A stretch of 64,000 bases of DNA from the NCBI GenBank assembly GCA_012295275.1, contig CM022667.1, positions 15,686,001-15,750,000 of the forward strand, in the 5' to 3' direction. Source of the DNA: Chrysomallon squamiferum (taxonomy: Eukaryota; Animalia; Mollusca). Positions 14,500-28,892 of the stretch are shown one piece after another; position 1 is the first letter of the stretch, and each line of letters begins with the position of its first letter. Position numbers and translations under genes: made by a program. Below the pieces are notes generated by a model. It made no database searches, was not told the DNA's origin, and saw nothing but the letters and a program-made list of their open reading frames with translations.

Positions 14500-15620
14500 A
14501 TCTGGTAACCAAAACTGTACACAGTGTTGGCAAATCAATCAATCAAGCCTTTTTTCCCGTCAGCGCCTTCTCGCGGAAGCCGTGCTCGCTCGCGATGGTC
14601 GCGTGCCAAACCGTGCACGAGCGTATCAGAAGTCGGAGGAGAGTTTATTGCTGCAGGCAATAAAATTCTGGCTCTGCTCGCGATCCTGTAACTCTACCAG
14701 CGAAAAGCACACTACAATTTCCACATTAACAACCCGAGCGTGCTTCTAGGCTTTCATTTTTATTTTTATTTTTATTTTTTATTTTTTGCCCAACTTGTTA
14801 ACTGTGGTCGGAGCGAAAATGGAAAAAGAACCGAGTTTCTTAAAACATCGACCTTTTCGGTCGAACTCTGTTAATAAGCTCGAGCCTTCCACCAGTTATT
14901 TTTGTTGTTGCAGGTTTTTTTTTTTTTTTTTTTTTTATTTTGTTATACATATAATTATATCATCATCTTTTTTTCCTTGTCATTTCTAACTTTTTATTTT
15001 TTATTATTTTATTTTATTATTTATTTATTTATTTATTTTATTTTATTTTTATTATTTATTTATTTATTTATTTATTTATTATAATAATTATTATTTTTAT
15101 TATTATTATTATTTTTCTGCCATCTCTTGCCTGTATCCAACCTAATTCCATCAACGGAAGTAAATCTTCACCGAGACCCCGAGGGCAAGGCAAGTACATT
15201 ACTCCGATAATCCGACCTCAGAATTCAGAGCACCGACGGATTGTATCCCGAGATTTGCGAGCTTTAAGATTGTACAGAAGCAAACAGTCTTTGACCGTCT
15301 TCAAACACAAGAAAATTGAAATTGCCAAGTAACGGGCAAGCTGCAGTGTTTGGATTTTCTATTAATTATCGTCTGCATTTTTACCAGCAGCGGGAATTTT
15401 CTCGCGCGCTCCGCGTGCCAATCAGTTTGTGTCGTCTGCAAAACGTATGCACGCCATGACGTGTGCGTGTGCACGAGATGGGTAAAAATCGTGTGACGCC
15501 GAGCAATAATTTACGTAAAAGAACATTTTCTTTCGCCCGTAAAACAGCTGGTTAGCGATAATTAACGATACGCTGCTTGCTACCCCAGCATGCAACGTTT
15601 GCTAAAGTTAGTGTTAATTT
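14500..15620. promoter_or_regulatory. CpG-rich promoter-like island, split by a (TTTA)n tract
   Basis: Among the highest CpG densities in the window (14560-14640, 15390-15510); GCCAATCAG at about 15416; two CGTCTGC; CGGAAGT at about 15154. Confidence 0.45.
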
Positions 15621-16361
15621 TGCATACCAACCGAAGTAACATGACAGGGGAGAGAGAAAAAACAAAACATAAAAATGATAGATGCTACAGGAATGTTGCC
15701 ACGAGTTAAACACTGATATTATGGTAATGGGGCTACATAATTTACGTTATCTCAACGTCCAGTTCTCTGTTTGTAATGCACTTCGCAGATAAACAAATAA
15801 TAATTGACTTTACAATGCGGCTTTTATGAGCTACTTGACTCAGCAGAAACACAGCTTATTGTTCAAAATGAGATACAGTTAAACTGATGTTTGCAGTTGT
15901 CAAGCACTGTTTATAATGCATTTAGTTAATATTAGAAGCTTAAAGTCTAAATATTATTCTTTAATTAATTTTTTTTTTTTAATTATTATTATTGCTTTAA
16001 GCAGAGTGTTACCGAATTTAGAATATTATTCGCGATTTCTCGTCATTCTCAATCCCTAATTCTTTCTTTTTGATCAGCCTTTATCTGTCTATCTGACTAT
16101 CTACCTATCTATATTCTTACTTAATTATAAACTTACGTATCTACCTACCATCCTACTTACTAATTAAGCCACCTACCTACCTATTTACTTATCTGTTTGA
16201 ATAATACATACATAGCTAAATACATTTTTTTTTTTGTTTCGTAGGCAGTTCATTATATAAATTTAATTATTTAAATTTATTTGAGTATGTTAGCTTAATT
16301 CATTCATTCATTTAATTTTGTTTTTGTTTTGACTTCTCATTCCTTTAAGTGAGACAGTAAA

Positions 16362-16520
16362 AGTAAATGATTACTGGATTCTCTTTATGTTGTGTGTTTA
16401 GTGACTGATGACATAGTAAATGGTTACTGGATTCTCTTTATGTTGTGTGTTTAGTGACTGATGACATAGTAAATGGTTACTGGATTCTCTTTATGTTGTA
16501 TATTTAGTGACTGATGACAT
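16362..16520. repeat. 53-bp tandem repeat, 3 near-identical copies
   Basis: AGTAAATG(A/G)TTACTGGATTCTCTTTATGTTGTGTGTTTAGTGACTGATGACAT starting at 16362, 16415 and 16468. Confidence 0.95.
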
Positions 16521-17726
16521 TCGTGTCCGAGGAATAATTTTCGGGTTTTAAAACATAAATCTAAAATTTAACATTTAGAAAGGCAATAAATCTGATACAT
16601 AATGCACACTGGAATAAAAATTATGCATACAAAAAGTCTGAATAAAAGTTTGGCACGACAGAATGAGAGAAAAAGTATTTATGTTTAATTACCAGCAAAC
16701 TACCCATCAATATATTACTTGATAATGTCAAACGAAACAAACCTACCTTAACTCTTAATGCCATCCTTTTAGACTTCGCGTTTAGACACTATATTAAATA
16801 ATATTATTGCTCAGAATAAAATATTATATATTAGTCCTTGCTGATTCAGATAATTTTAATGAAGGGAATTATTTATATGTGGCATAAAATTATCCATTAA
16901 AGCTCGTCTGAAATAATAATAAAGCGACCATCAGATTTATTCAAAATAAAACGAAAAATCCCTCCTAAAGTAAACTTCTTTAAATACCGTATCTTTTCAC
17001 GGTATAATGTTATCAACCGTTTATTGAACAATAAAGGCGCGTGTAGACTTTACGTTTCTAACAAACATTAAGCGGTAAATTCCTCATTTTCATACCCGAC
17101 TATTTCGCCTTTTTATTTATACTGATATGCGGACACAGCTAATTATATGCTCAAACTTAATATACATCGATATAGTTATATACGTCGCAGAAATAAAAGT
17201 ATACATACGTGGCGTCAATATCAACACATACAGACATACACACCACACACACACACGCACTGACACGTACATATATAAAAACACACATGCACATACCTGA
17301 CAGCAGTAGGAAATCAACACGTGTCAGTTCTTTGTACATAATATTATTATCTACCACAGTCTGGTTTTTTAAATGGGTTTCGAGAAATGTTTGCATTACT
17401 CTACTGATAAAATTAAATGAAAGCCGAGAAAAAAGGTAATTTAAATTTCTAGAAATAGCTAGAAATCATGTAATTAATCTCTGATTTTTTTTTCTGCTCA
17501 ATTCCAAACAGCTGTAAATTTGTGTGTTTTTTAATTTGTTTTTTTTTTTCCTGATTTTTCTTTTAATTTGTTTTACACGTCTCCCTCTGTTTTCTTCTTC
17601 ATCTTCTTTTTCTCTTCCTTTTTATTATTCTTAGATACTTTCTTCTTACTTTTCTTTTCCCCTTTGTTATTGATCCTGTTCTAATTATTTTTTCTTCTTC
17701 TTCATCTTCGTTATCATCGTCGTCAT

Positions 17727-17727
<1 letters not shown>

Positions 17728-17780
<53 letters not shown>
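17728..17780. repeat. (CAT)n microsatellite
   Basis: Direct reading. Confidence 0.95.
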
Positions 17781-18874
17781 TATTCTCTTATTCTTTTTAT
17801 ATTTTTCACATTAACCGTCAATTTCTTCGCGGTTTGTTTTTCATCAGCTTGTAGATATCAGCTGTTTCTACGCTTCTTATTCTCAGTCTTATTTACCATT
17901 TACTTCATTAACATTCATTTTGTTTTGCTTCCTTTGTTATTATCATCATCGTCGTCGTCAACGTCATTATCACAATCGTACGACTCAGTTAGTTATGAGG
18001 GAAGGCAGCTGGACACATGTGTTTGAAAGATGCTTGCTGTTTACCAGTAAGACTAGCTCATGGCTTGGAGCTATGGCAGGTTTTGTAACATAATTTAAAA
18101 CAAAACAAAAAAGGAATGTTACTTAAACGGTGATATATTCATCATCATTATCATCGTCATCATCATTGTCATCTCATCATACCATAACATCATCATAACA
18201 TCATCGTCGCCGTCGTTTTAAATATCAACAATCAACATCAACAGCATATTTTTCTTCTTCATCATCATTATCGTCCATCATCATCGCGTCATGATGATCT
18301 TCTAAAGTTTTCTTCTTCTTCTTCCTTGTGCTGTGGTATCATGCTGTCATTACATCTGGTTCTGCAAATGAAACCTATATTTTTTAGCAGCAGTGAAAGA
18401 GTTCTCGACATCATTCGACACCGTCGGAGTATCGCATTTATTATTTTACCGGCCGATGGAAAATAGTTTTCGCGGTTGCTGCTCGTCAGGGGATTTTATA
18501 AACTCGCGTTTAATTGAGTTGGCGAACTTGCAGAAGCAATTTTCCAAAGTAATAATAACGAAAATTCGGAGAAGGGGGTCCAGAGATTAAAGCAACAACA
18601 AAAACTACAACAACAACAGTAATAATAATTCAAAAAAAAAAAAAAAAAAAAAAATTGCTTTTTATTTTGTATTTGTATCATACCGATTTCTTATGATTTG
18701 TTCAGCATGACTGTGGCATATGATGTTAATTACTTAATTAGTTAATTAATTAGTTTATTTATTTGATGATTATTATTGATATTATCTTTATATATATATT
18801 TTTTTTAAATGAACATATGAAAATGTAAGAATATTCATTTGGCACGTCTTATTTCAATTAGATTTACTAGAGCG

Positions 18875-19125
<251 letters not shown>

Positions 19126-19778
19126 AATATTTTAGCTAGAGTTTTTATTGATCTTACTGTTGATATTGTTGATATCGAACTTGTTATTATTATCCTTATA
19201 GTTTCTGTTATTTTAGCTAATATTTTTGTTAATCCAACTATTGTTATTACTATTATTATTTTACTATTGTTTATATTTTTCTTCTATGACGTGTTGTTGT
19301 TACAAACGATGCTATTTCTATCAGGCTGTTTTCATCAGAAACATTCTGATACTGTATAAATAATGACTGTGAAAAGCAATAACACATGAAATACAATATG
19401 AAAGATTCAAAGATACATAAGGCAACATTAATAAAACAACGCTAGCTTTAACGGAAAATAATTCAGAGAAATGTACGTATGAATCACACTGTTGCATATT
19501 TAATAACAATAATAATACACATTATATTAGTTCTTTTTTAAATCGTCATTTCATCATCGTTATTATCATTAGAAACATGACAACCGTCGTCTTCTTTCAT
19601 TATTATAATCATCATCATCGTTATCAGTATCATCATTTTTATTATCTTTGTTGTTCCTTATTATTATTACTTCTATTATTATTACAGGTGTTGTTGTTGT
19701 CGCTATTATTATTATTATTATTATGTTACTACCACCAATGGTGCTTTCTTCTGCTACTGTTATTGTTTTAACTGGTAC

Positions 19779-19823
<45 letters not shown>

Positions 19824-20280
19824 ATCACTTGATATCACTGAAATACTATACGGCGTAATCTTTTTAATAGCGTGAAACGAGCTGCAATCAGATTAATTGC
19901 CGTTTTAAATATTAAATTTTAGATTAATATTTTAAAACTTGAAAATTGTTCCTTGGAGACCAACGGACACGAGAGTCATCAGTCATTAAATATGCAACGT
20001 AAAGAGAATCCAGCAATCGTTTTCTTTTACTGTTTGACTTAAAGGAACGAGAAATTAAAACAAAAATAAATGAGTGAATGCATAATGTTAACAAAAATCA
20101 AATCCATTTATATAATTAAATTTATATAACGAATCGCCTACGAAATATATAACGTTTATTTGTAAGACATTTCTGGCAAAATCTGACACGCACGTTATTA
20201 AATCACTACACATCTGCACGCAGACACACACACGTACTCATGCACAGCGTTACTAACGCTTTAAACTGAATTAGCTGCAT

Positions 20281-20402
20281 AGATAACGTCATTATAATTA
20301 CAAGAATTTGCGCATGCTCTGTAAATGAGTCCATGACATCATAATAATTACAATGCGGATGCTCAGCTGAGATGTAGAAAACATGACGTCATAAACAATT
20401 AA
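20281..20402. repeat. Diverged 50-bp-period repeat carrying CRE-like sites
   Basis: ATAACGTCAT, ATGACATCAT and ATGACGTCAT start at 20283, 20333 and 20383, each followed by an AATTA-containing segment. Confidence 0.65.
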
Positions 20403-20799
20403 CAAATTTTCTCTGTCCAACCCACCCTTCTACTACAAAAACAAGAACATTCCTTCAGCGTGGTGGTTCCGAATTGATTCTTGCAGTTCACTTTGTCCGC
20501 GAGCTTCGTCTTCAGGATAAATAATTGAGGAGAAACGGTTAAGAGAAATAATGGGTATCACATTAATCAATAGATGTGTAGTTTGATTCTGGTCCCGATA
20601 TGTGTGTCTGTGTTTATGTTGAGACTATTAACTGAAACGATCGCCTTTATAAACAAAGAAACATTGTTTATAGCTGTTCGAGAATGCATGTAGACATTAA
20701 TAAGATACTTCTTTCATTCATTCATTCTCTGTCTGTCTCTCTGTGTCTGTCTGTCTGTATACCTACCTATCTGTCTGACTGTGCCTGTTTATCTCTCTA

Positions 20800-20801
<2 letters not shown>

Positions 20802-20889
<88 letters not shown>
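20802..20889. repeat. (CT)n microsatellite
   Basis: Direct reading. Confidence 0.95.
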
Positions 20890-20894
<5 letters not shown>

Positions 20895-21780
20895 CTCTCT
20901 CTCTCACCCAATCACTGTTCACATTATTAATTTCACGAAAGACTTAGGATTATGAGCCTGTGTCAATAAAAAGTCATAAAATTTACAAATATTTGCCATG
21001 CTTCGCTTCAAGCGGCTTGCCTGGATGCCTGTAAAAATTCCTGCTTGCAATCACTCTCTGAGTTCACTGAGAACTAAATAAATAAATAAAAGCAGCAACA
21101 GCAACAGTTGCAACATAACCACCTGCAGCAGCATCATTAGAAGAAGCAGCAGTAGCAGCAATAACAACAACAACAATACATATAATGAGAAAATAATTAA
21201 AGTAAGGGATCTTATGTCAAACTTATCTTACGTAATTTAAAGAACGTTTCAAGTCATTTGATAAACCTAGTATTACAGGGATTAACATCAGTGGAAGCAG
21301 CAAGAAGAACTGAACCTACGACCCATCACATCAAGCTTCATCCTGAGTTCAGATACAGATGCATCGCTGATGTAGTTGTTCTTTTTGTTCTTGTTACTGC
21401 CTGTGATGTATTTCTATTGGTGCCGTTAGCGATGCTGTTATTTAGGCATATTGATATTTATTTGTTTACATACTTATTAGTTAATTACATACAAATTTTG
21501 TTGTTATTGTTGTTGCATGTGTTCATTTTTCACTTTTTGTTTGTTCAGCTGGTGGTGGTATTGTGTATTTGCTGCACATTATCGGTATTTAAAGATTAAA
21601 AGTGTATGTAAAAACATAACACTGGTTCAATGGTTCTCAGGAAAAAACACAAAAGTTGAGATAAAATAGCAAGGAATGAAAAGTACAGAAGATAAAAAAA
21701 TCAGAATAAGAAATAATGAATCAAACAATCATGGAAAAAAAATGGAGAAAAGGAATAAAATGTCCATCAGAGATGTACAT

Positions 21781-21784
<4 letters not shown>

Positions 21785-21876
<92 letters not shown>
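21785..21876. repeat. (GA)n microsatellite
   Basis: Direct reading. Confidence 0.95.
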
Positions 21877-21878
<2 letters not shown>

Positions 21879-21999
21879 GACTCACAGTAAACGGTATGAA
21901 ACAGAAGAAAGAAACAGAGAGCTAAGGAAGAGAAAGAAAGAGGAAAAGACGCCGAAGGATCAGAGTAAAAAAATGAAAATAAATTGTATATTTTTTGCA

Positions 22000-22500
22000 T
22001 CCGTCATTGTGTGGCTGTCTGACAGGACAGGGAGACACAGGCAGTTACTCTCGCGCACACATTAGGGCCTAGTAATAACCGAGAATGGACGCAGTAAACG
22101 GTTTACCCCACAAATCAACTTCCATTTCCCGTAACTTTCACGATTTGGACATGCCTTTTATAAATGGCCTACTGGTTCAACACGAAGCGCGCCAAAATTA
22201 CAGGGATGTCGTCTGCCTCGTCCGCCATGTTTGTGATTAACTCTGTGTGGTTCGGGAAAATATATCGCAGTATGCCAAGCAGTAAAAGGAATCAATAAGT
22301 TGTAATAACATATTACCACATTGCCCGTGCAGGACTGATAACCTTTTGGCGAATTGCGTGCAGTGGATCATGGGTAAAAACGCTTTGCCTAAGTCTGTAA
22401 TTAGCTCACACCAGCTTAGATGGGATTTGTTTTTATGGAGTTCGCTAATGCTGCAAGTTTCAAAGAGTGATTACTCTCGTTAGATCGGATTTGAAAACAA
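22000..22500. promoter_or_regulatory. Promoter/enhancer-like island
   Basis: GTCGTCTGC (22208-22216) next to YY1-type CCGCCATGTT (22222-22231); E2F-like GCGCGCCAAA at about 22187. Confidence 0.35.
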
Positions 22501-22535
22501 TTTAGAGCTGATAATATGATTTTATTCGTTTGTAT

Positions 22536-22599
<64 letters not shown>

Positions 22600-23004
22600 T
22601 TATATTAATTATTAATTATCCATATGCATTATACCACTTGTCACCTGTTCATGTTTCTTTGTTATTTTTTTTATGAATTGCAAGCCAATGAGCGAAAGGG
22701 CTTAAAGCTAATAAACAATACAGTACCATGACGACGACTATGACGACGACAACAACAACAACAACAACAACCACACTAATAACAAGTCTGTCAACAATGA
22801 AAATAACTTCAGCAGCTCAAAAGTTCTGCAAAGTAATAACATATACTGCTGTATTATTAGAAATAATCTTTAACATTTTAAGCCGCTTACAAATCCGTTT
22901 TCAATTTTATACATTACTTTTTTTTTTTTTTTTTTTTATTATTATTTTTCTTTCTTTCCTTCTTTCTTTCTTCTTCTTCTTCTTTATAATCATTATTATT
23001 ATTA

Positions 23005-23035
<31 letters not shown>

Positions 23036-23069
23036 TATTTTTTTCTCCCCTATTATTCCAAGTCATGTC

Positions 23070-24000
23070 TTTTTCAGAACGGAAACCGTTACCGGCCTAT
23101 TTTCCGCTTGAATAGACATCAGGCTAATTAGCGGCATTAGCAGAAACTTCTAGAAAGACGTCCATTTTCATTTAGCGAAAATTCTTAGTTATCAATCAGC
23201 GTGAAAAAAATAAAAGGTCCTTTCTTCGTGTCACATTTCGTGTAGACGAGGTTGGCGGTTGTCGGCAACAGTTTGCGGCACTTACCAAATATTGATCCGA
23301 CCGTGCGCCGTCTCGCGTATTAATCTCGGCGAACGGTGAAAGGAGCACGCGCCGCGGTTTTCTTTCAACTCAGTCGGTTAAAAATAATTATGGCGAGGAA
23401 AGATGTACGAGTATTGTTTGTATGCGGTGTGTAGTTTTGTTTGATTACTCCTCCTGCTAATCTGTCAAAATATATCGATCGCAAACACATTTGTCAATAT
23501 TTAGAGTCAACAAAGCGTGCAGTGATACGTTCAGTCGCTAGACTTGCTTACGTTCGTTTTCTTTATTGACCGTAAATCGTTTTGAAACAACATTTCACCA
23601 TTTTTTAAAGAGTGTATTTAATTATCTTTAACAGCCTAATTTGAGCGCACCAATGTTTGGTCCAAGGTTCGATGCGAACCTAATGATTATGAGAATGAAA
23701 ATGTTTTAAGCATTATTACCCAGTCCGGAAGTTATTGTTACGGAATCATACGAAGATTATCGATTACGAAATCGGAGATAATGCCGAGTGCTTTGCGGTG
23801 TTAAAAAGCTTGTCGAGTTGATCAAGTCTGTCAATAACTGTAAAATTTGCCTCATTTGAGCGAGAGTTACAAAGCGAAAACTAAACAAATCGTTTTTTTT
23901 TTCTTCTTCTTCTTCTTTTGGTCTGTTTTTGCATATCGGTTTGATGAATATGGGTTGTTTGTCACGTCATTCATTGAACGCAGTGAAACATCTCCGTGTT
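23070..24000. promoter_or_regulatory. CpG-rich unique island, candidate promoter/enhancer
   Basis: About 0.9 kb of complex CpG-containing sequence with no ORF of 60 aa or more, bounded by simple repeats; TCAGTC initiator-like hexamers at about 23370 and 23530. Confidence 0.3.
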
Positions 24001-24176
24001 AAACATAGTGATCATTTATTTTATTTATTTTGTGTATATTTGTTTTCCCCAGTATTCGAATAAATAATAATAATAATAAATAATAAAATAAAACAACATA
24101 ATAAATAAGTAATAATAAAAACCCAATAATAATAAAATAAAACAATATAATAAATAAATAATAATAAAAGCCGAGC

Positions 24177-24229
<53 letters not shown>

Positions 24230-24466
24230 TAACAACAACAACAAATCAAAATTAAGCATTAAAATTGTTATCACAATAAATTCGGTAGTTCCCGTTAAAA
24301 GTATCAGAAACCATCGTCATATTAATTAAGTTATATAATAAATGTGTTAATTACTGGTAAAATTAAGTTTTGCATATAGCCTACATAGTTTACATACAAC
24401 TAAAAACACACATAATTACATTATTATATTTATATAACACATTAGGATGTACTTAACATTATGTAT

Positions 24467-24559
24467 TACATATTCTGTGAAACACCACATAATTTACATA
24501 TTCTATCAAACACCACATAATTTACATATTCTATCAAAACCACATGATTTGCATATTTT
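24467..24559. repeat. 28-bp tandem repeat, about 3.3 copies
   Basis: TACATATTCTATCAAACACCACATAATT repeated. Confidence 0.9.
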
Positions 24560-25612
24560 CAACCAGAATTAAAATTATTAATTTATGGATAGACTGACAG
24601 AACTAGGGTCAGTAATGTCTATGTCTAACCACTGACCAGACACATAATTGGTATGACGCAGCTTTCCTCAATTCCGGTTTCTAAGTGTGACAGTTTCGAG
24701 ATCACTAATATCCAGTATGGTACGAAAATATCCCAGTATTATTTAGCCGAGTGATTGCCTTTAATTGACGTGTTTTAGCGAGTAGTCTAGAACAAGGCTA
24801 TGAATATGACAGGAGTTTGAGAGAAATTTTCTCAAATTTCAGACACTTTCTACTGTTATGTTGTAACACTATTGCTTTAACTGGATGTGACGATTCTGTT
24901 GTATGTTTCCTGGTGTAATAATAAATGAAATTAAGTTTTAAATTGTAATAGATTTGCTAGTTCAGTGTGGATGAATGGATGGATGGATGACTGTAGGTAC
25001 GAATTTATGTATAGCTCTAGATTTGTATGTATGTATGTATTTATGTGCGTATATATCTGTTTCTGTATATGTATGCATGTGTTTGTATGGGTGCATGTAT
25101 GTAGGCATATAAATTCATATAGATGTATATAAATGAATATATATACAAATAACACGAATAATACTAATACTAATAAATCATTTGATTACTTTGTATTTGT
25201 ATGAAGCCAGCTTCGTTTCATTAACGAATCAAACAAGGCAGCGAACTCTGATGTCAAACGTGTATTTATTATCCGTCTTACTGCACAAAAGAGTTACATT
25301 CCGGTAATTAATTGGCGGCAACGAGATGTCAAAGGTTATTCCCAAATTGTTTGGCTTCCTGAATCCCATAGATCATTGCATAATTCATCTTTTCAGAAAG
25401 AAACAACTGAGTAACAGTTGTACTCTGATGAGCTGAAATAAATGCAACAAAAACTAACAAACAACAAAAAAAAATTAAAATGTCGAATCGACAGTGACTG
25501 ATGTCTTGCGACCCAAGAGTCTGTCTTTGTACATTCAAACTTAGATCGATGAACGGCATATAAATCACAATTAAGCAAATTTCTTTTTTCTTTTAAACCT
25601 TTCCCCCCCCAC

Positions 25613-25650
<38 letters not shown>

Positions 25651-26159
25651 AAAAGGAAAAGGAAAAAGAAAAACCAAAGAAAACAACTGATTTTTTGATA
25701 AATTTGGTTTCAATGGTTTTGAAAATGATCGATGACACGATGACAAATTGTCGGGGTAACACAAAGTCGAATATTAATTTATTTTAAAGGTTAAAGATGG
25801 ACATCGAAACATTTTTTTTTTCTTTCTAATATTTATCTCTGACAACAAATCATTACACATTTGTTATGCCCACGTGGGTGATGCAGTTCTGTTTGTATCA
25901 TTTGTACTTGTTTTGTTTATCGATACTTCTTTTCTTTCTTTTAAATTTGTTCTTGTCATTGTTGATATCATTGTTACATTGTTACTGCGATTGTTATTTT
26001 TATTAATAATACTGTTATTACTAGCGTTATTACTATTTTTATGATTTTGGTTAGAGTTGTTACTGTCACTGCTACAACTACTACTGTTACTTCAACAACG
26101 ACTATTATTATTACTGCCTTCTTCTTACAAATTTACAAAAAATAAAATACATTTATTAA

Positions 26160-27000
26160 CTAATTTCATTCAGTATGGTATCTCCATACGTGTATTTTAT
26201 ATAAGTTTTCATTATTCATTCAATATCCTGTCTATAGACATGTATTTATAATTAACTTTCATATTTGTTCTTTAACGCAATTCATCATCTTATCTACAGA
26301 TGCATATTTAAGAAAATATTTAATTATTAAAACTCTAATTATATTCATCATCTTAACTATAGACGTATTGATAATAATCTTTCATTAGTCAATTGTCAAT
26401 TCAATTAATTCAGATATAGACCTGCAGTTATAATGATCTTTCGTTATTCTGTCTTTATTTCAGTTAATTCAATATCCAATCTATAGATATGTATTTATAA
26501 TAAACCTTTCAATATTCAGTCTTTAATTTGATTCATTCAATAAACAATCATATTCAGTTTTTAATTCAGTTCTTTCAGTTTCCTATCTATTGACATGTAT
26601 TTATAATATACTTTTATTATTCAGTCTTTAATTATATTAATTCACCATCCTATCCGCGGACCTGTATCTATGATAATATTTCACTATTCAGTATTTAATT
26701 AAATTCATTCAGTATCGTATTTTTGTTATAAACACATTACTCAAGCTTCAAATCGATTCATTCAATTAAGTTTCATTATTCAATCTTTAGGTCGATTCAT
26801 TTAATACCCTTTCTATAGACATGTATTAAAAACAAACTTTCATTACTCATTAATTCAATTAATTCAGTATCCTATTTATAATAAATGTTCATTGTTTAAT
26901 TCAATTAATTCAGTATCCTATTTATAATAAATGTTCATTGTTTAACTCAATTAATTCACTACCGTATCCACATAAATGTATTTATAATAAACTTTCGGTT
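26160..27000. repeat. Degenerate minisatellite, unit about 60-65 bp, with a recent 46-bp duplication
   Basis: Recurring TTCAATTAATTCAGTATCCTATCTATAGACATGTATTTATAATAA...TTCATTATTCAGTCTTTA; exact 46-bp duplication at 26851/26897. Confidence 0.8.
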
Positions 27001-27379
27001 ATCAGTTTAAACGGTAGTAAACTGCAAAACGTCTAACGGACACAAACGGAGACTGTTAATGTTAGGCAAAAGGAAGGGATAAGCTTCAGACGAGTCTTTA
27101 ATGTCCGTCCGCATTAGGAGATCGCCAGTCCAACGTACAACGATTCAATTGACTTGGAACAATTCCGTTTGCCCCGACTGACACTCGGGTCAGATTCGTG
27201 AATAGTAAATCAGGACTAGCTAGTCGGAGTAATTTCCGGATCTGGTGGTCTTGCAATGAAGTGAAGCGGCGTCAGGATACAAGGAGCTGCAGTGTTTTGC
27301 TGCACTCAACATCCTTGCTGTAGCAGCATCGTCGTGTCTGTGTCTTAGATTGGTTTGCATATATTAAAAAGAATAGTCT

Positions 27380-27419
<40 letters not shown>

Positions 27420-27727
27420 ATATAAATATATGTATGTATGTATGTATATATGTATGTATGTATGCACGAATATTATGTATGTGATTATGTATGTATTATG
27501 TATGTTGTGTGTATGTACGTATTTACAGATTATATAGTTTTGCTTTTAAGAATTATATAAAAATACAGATCTATGCTTTTTTTTATTAATTATAATATGA
27601 GCTGTTATTATATTATACTGTCATTATAAAATTGGTTTAAAAGAAAATAATATACTTTTTTGTGAAGGAAATATATTAAATGAATATTTTACATTATCTG
27701 CACAGTTTGTTTTCTCTCTTTCTGTAG

Positions 27728-27773
<46 letters not shown>

Positions 27774-28892
27774 TTGAGTGCATTTATATATTTTTCTCTA
27801 AATGACGTGAAAAAAAGAAAGAATGAAAGAACCACATCAAATATAGCTACACTTTTTCACAAAATTCTAAGTCATGATTTCTTTATTATTAGCTACTGAT
27901 GTTTGTTTGAAGTGCTTGTACATTATTTATTTATTCCTGTAAACAGAAACAACTTTGTCATACAAGAAAACATACTGTACATTTCATGAAATTGTTAAAA
28001 CAAACAGTGGCTGGTAATTTTTAATACGTTACGTAACGTAAATCTGTATTCATTTTAATGTCTAAAATATGTGTGTGTGTGTGTGTGTGTGTGCGTCTAT
28101 TTGCGCCTGTTTGAGTTTGAATGTGTGCGTATGTGTGTGGACATATCTAACTTTCTTAATAACATATTTAACTTTTTAACTCTACGAAGAACAATATTAC
28201 TGTTAGTCTTTAAAAAACAAAAAAAAAAAAAAAAAAAACCCAAACATGTTCATATTTCTTTAAAACATCTTTTTTTTTTTCTGTTATTTTATATTTATGT
28301 ACAAAATTTTACAAATATCCTTTCCGAATGAACATTTTATCCATTAAGTATTTTGTTTCATCCTAATCCTATGATATTTCTCACTATTCTATTACTAACA
28401 CAAATATTATTTAGTCAGTCAGACAGACAGATATGTCGTATTATGATATTGGCTATACCATCTGTATTAATGGTTTTGCCATTTTATGTGAAGTGTCTTA
28501 TTTTCTACAATAACATAAAATGTTTCACTTTAGTACCTTGTTTAATCGATTTTCGGCATTATATTTACTCCTTTAATACTTTTAAACATCCTTTTAAATT
28601 CTTTAATTTTAAAACAGTGTGAATAAATGTAGTTTTATATTTCTTTATACTGCCTGCGTTACACCGTATGTGTAAATTAACGACAAAAGAAATTTAGTTT
28701 TATATTTAGAATGTAATTCCGAGAGCTCGACACGTTTCTCTTTTCGTTATTATCTTCGTGTAAGATGGAAGTAATTTAACTTGAGATGGGAAAACGTTGC
28801 AGAGTCCATTGTCAGAAGACATTTACAACGATTCCCTAGAGAGACCAGCGTATCAGAATGGAATCAGCAACAATGTCAAATTAGCGTCTGAT

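Noticed and set aside
16362-16520. Direct repeats as a possible CRISPR array (also 24467-24559 and 34465-34770)
   Set aside because: Head-to-tail tandem units without unique spacers, no cas genes, eukaryotic context.
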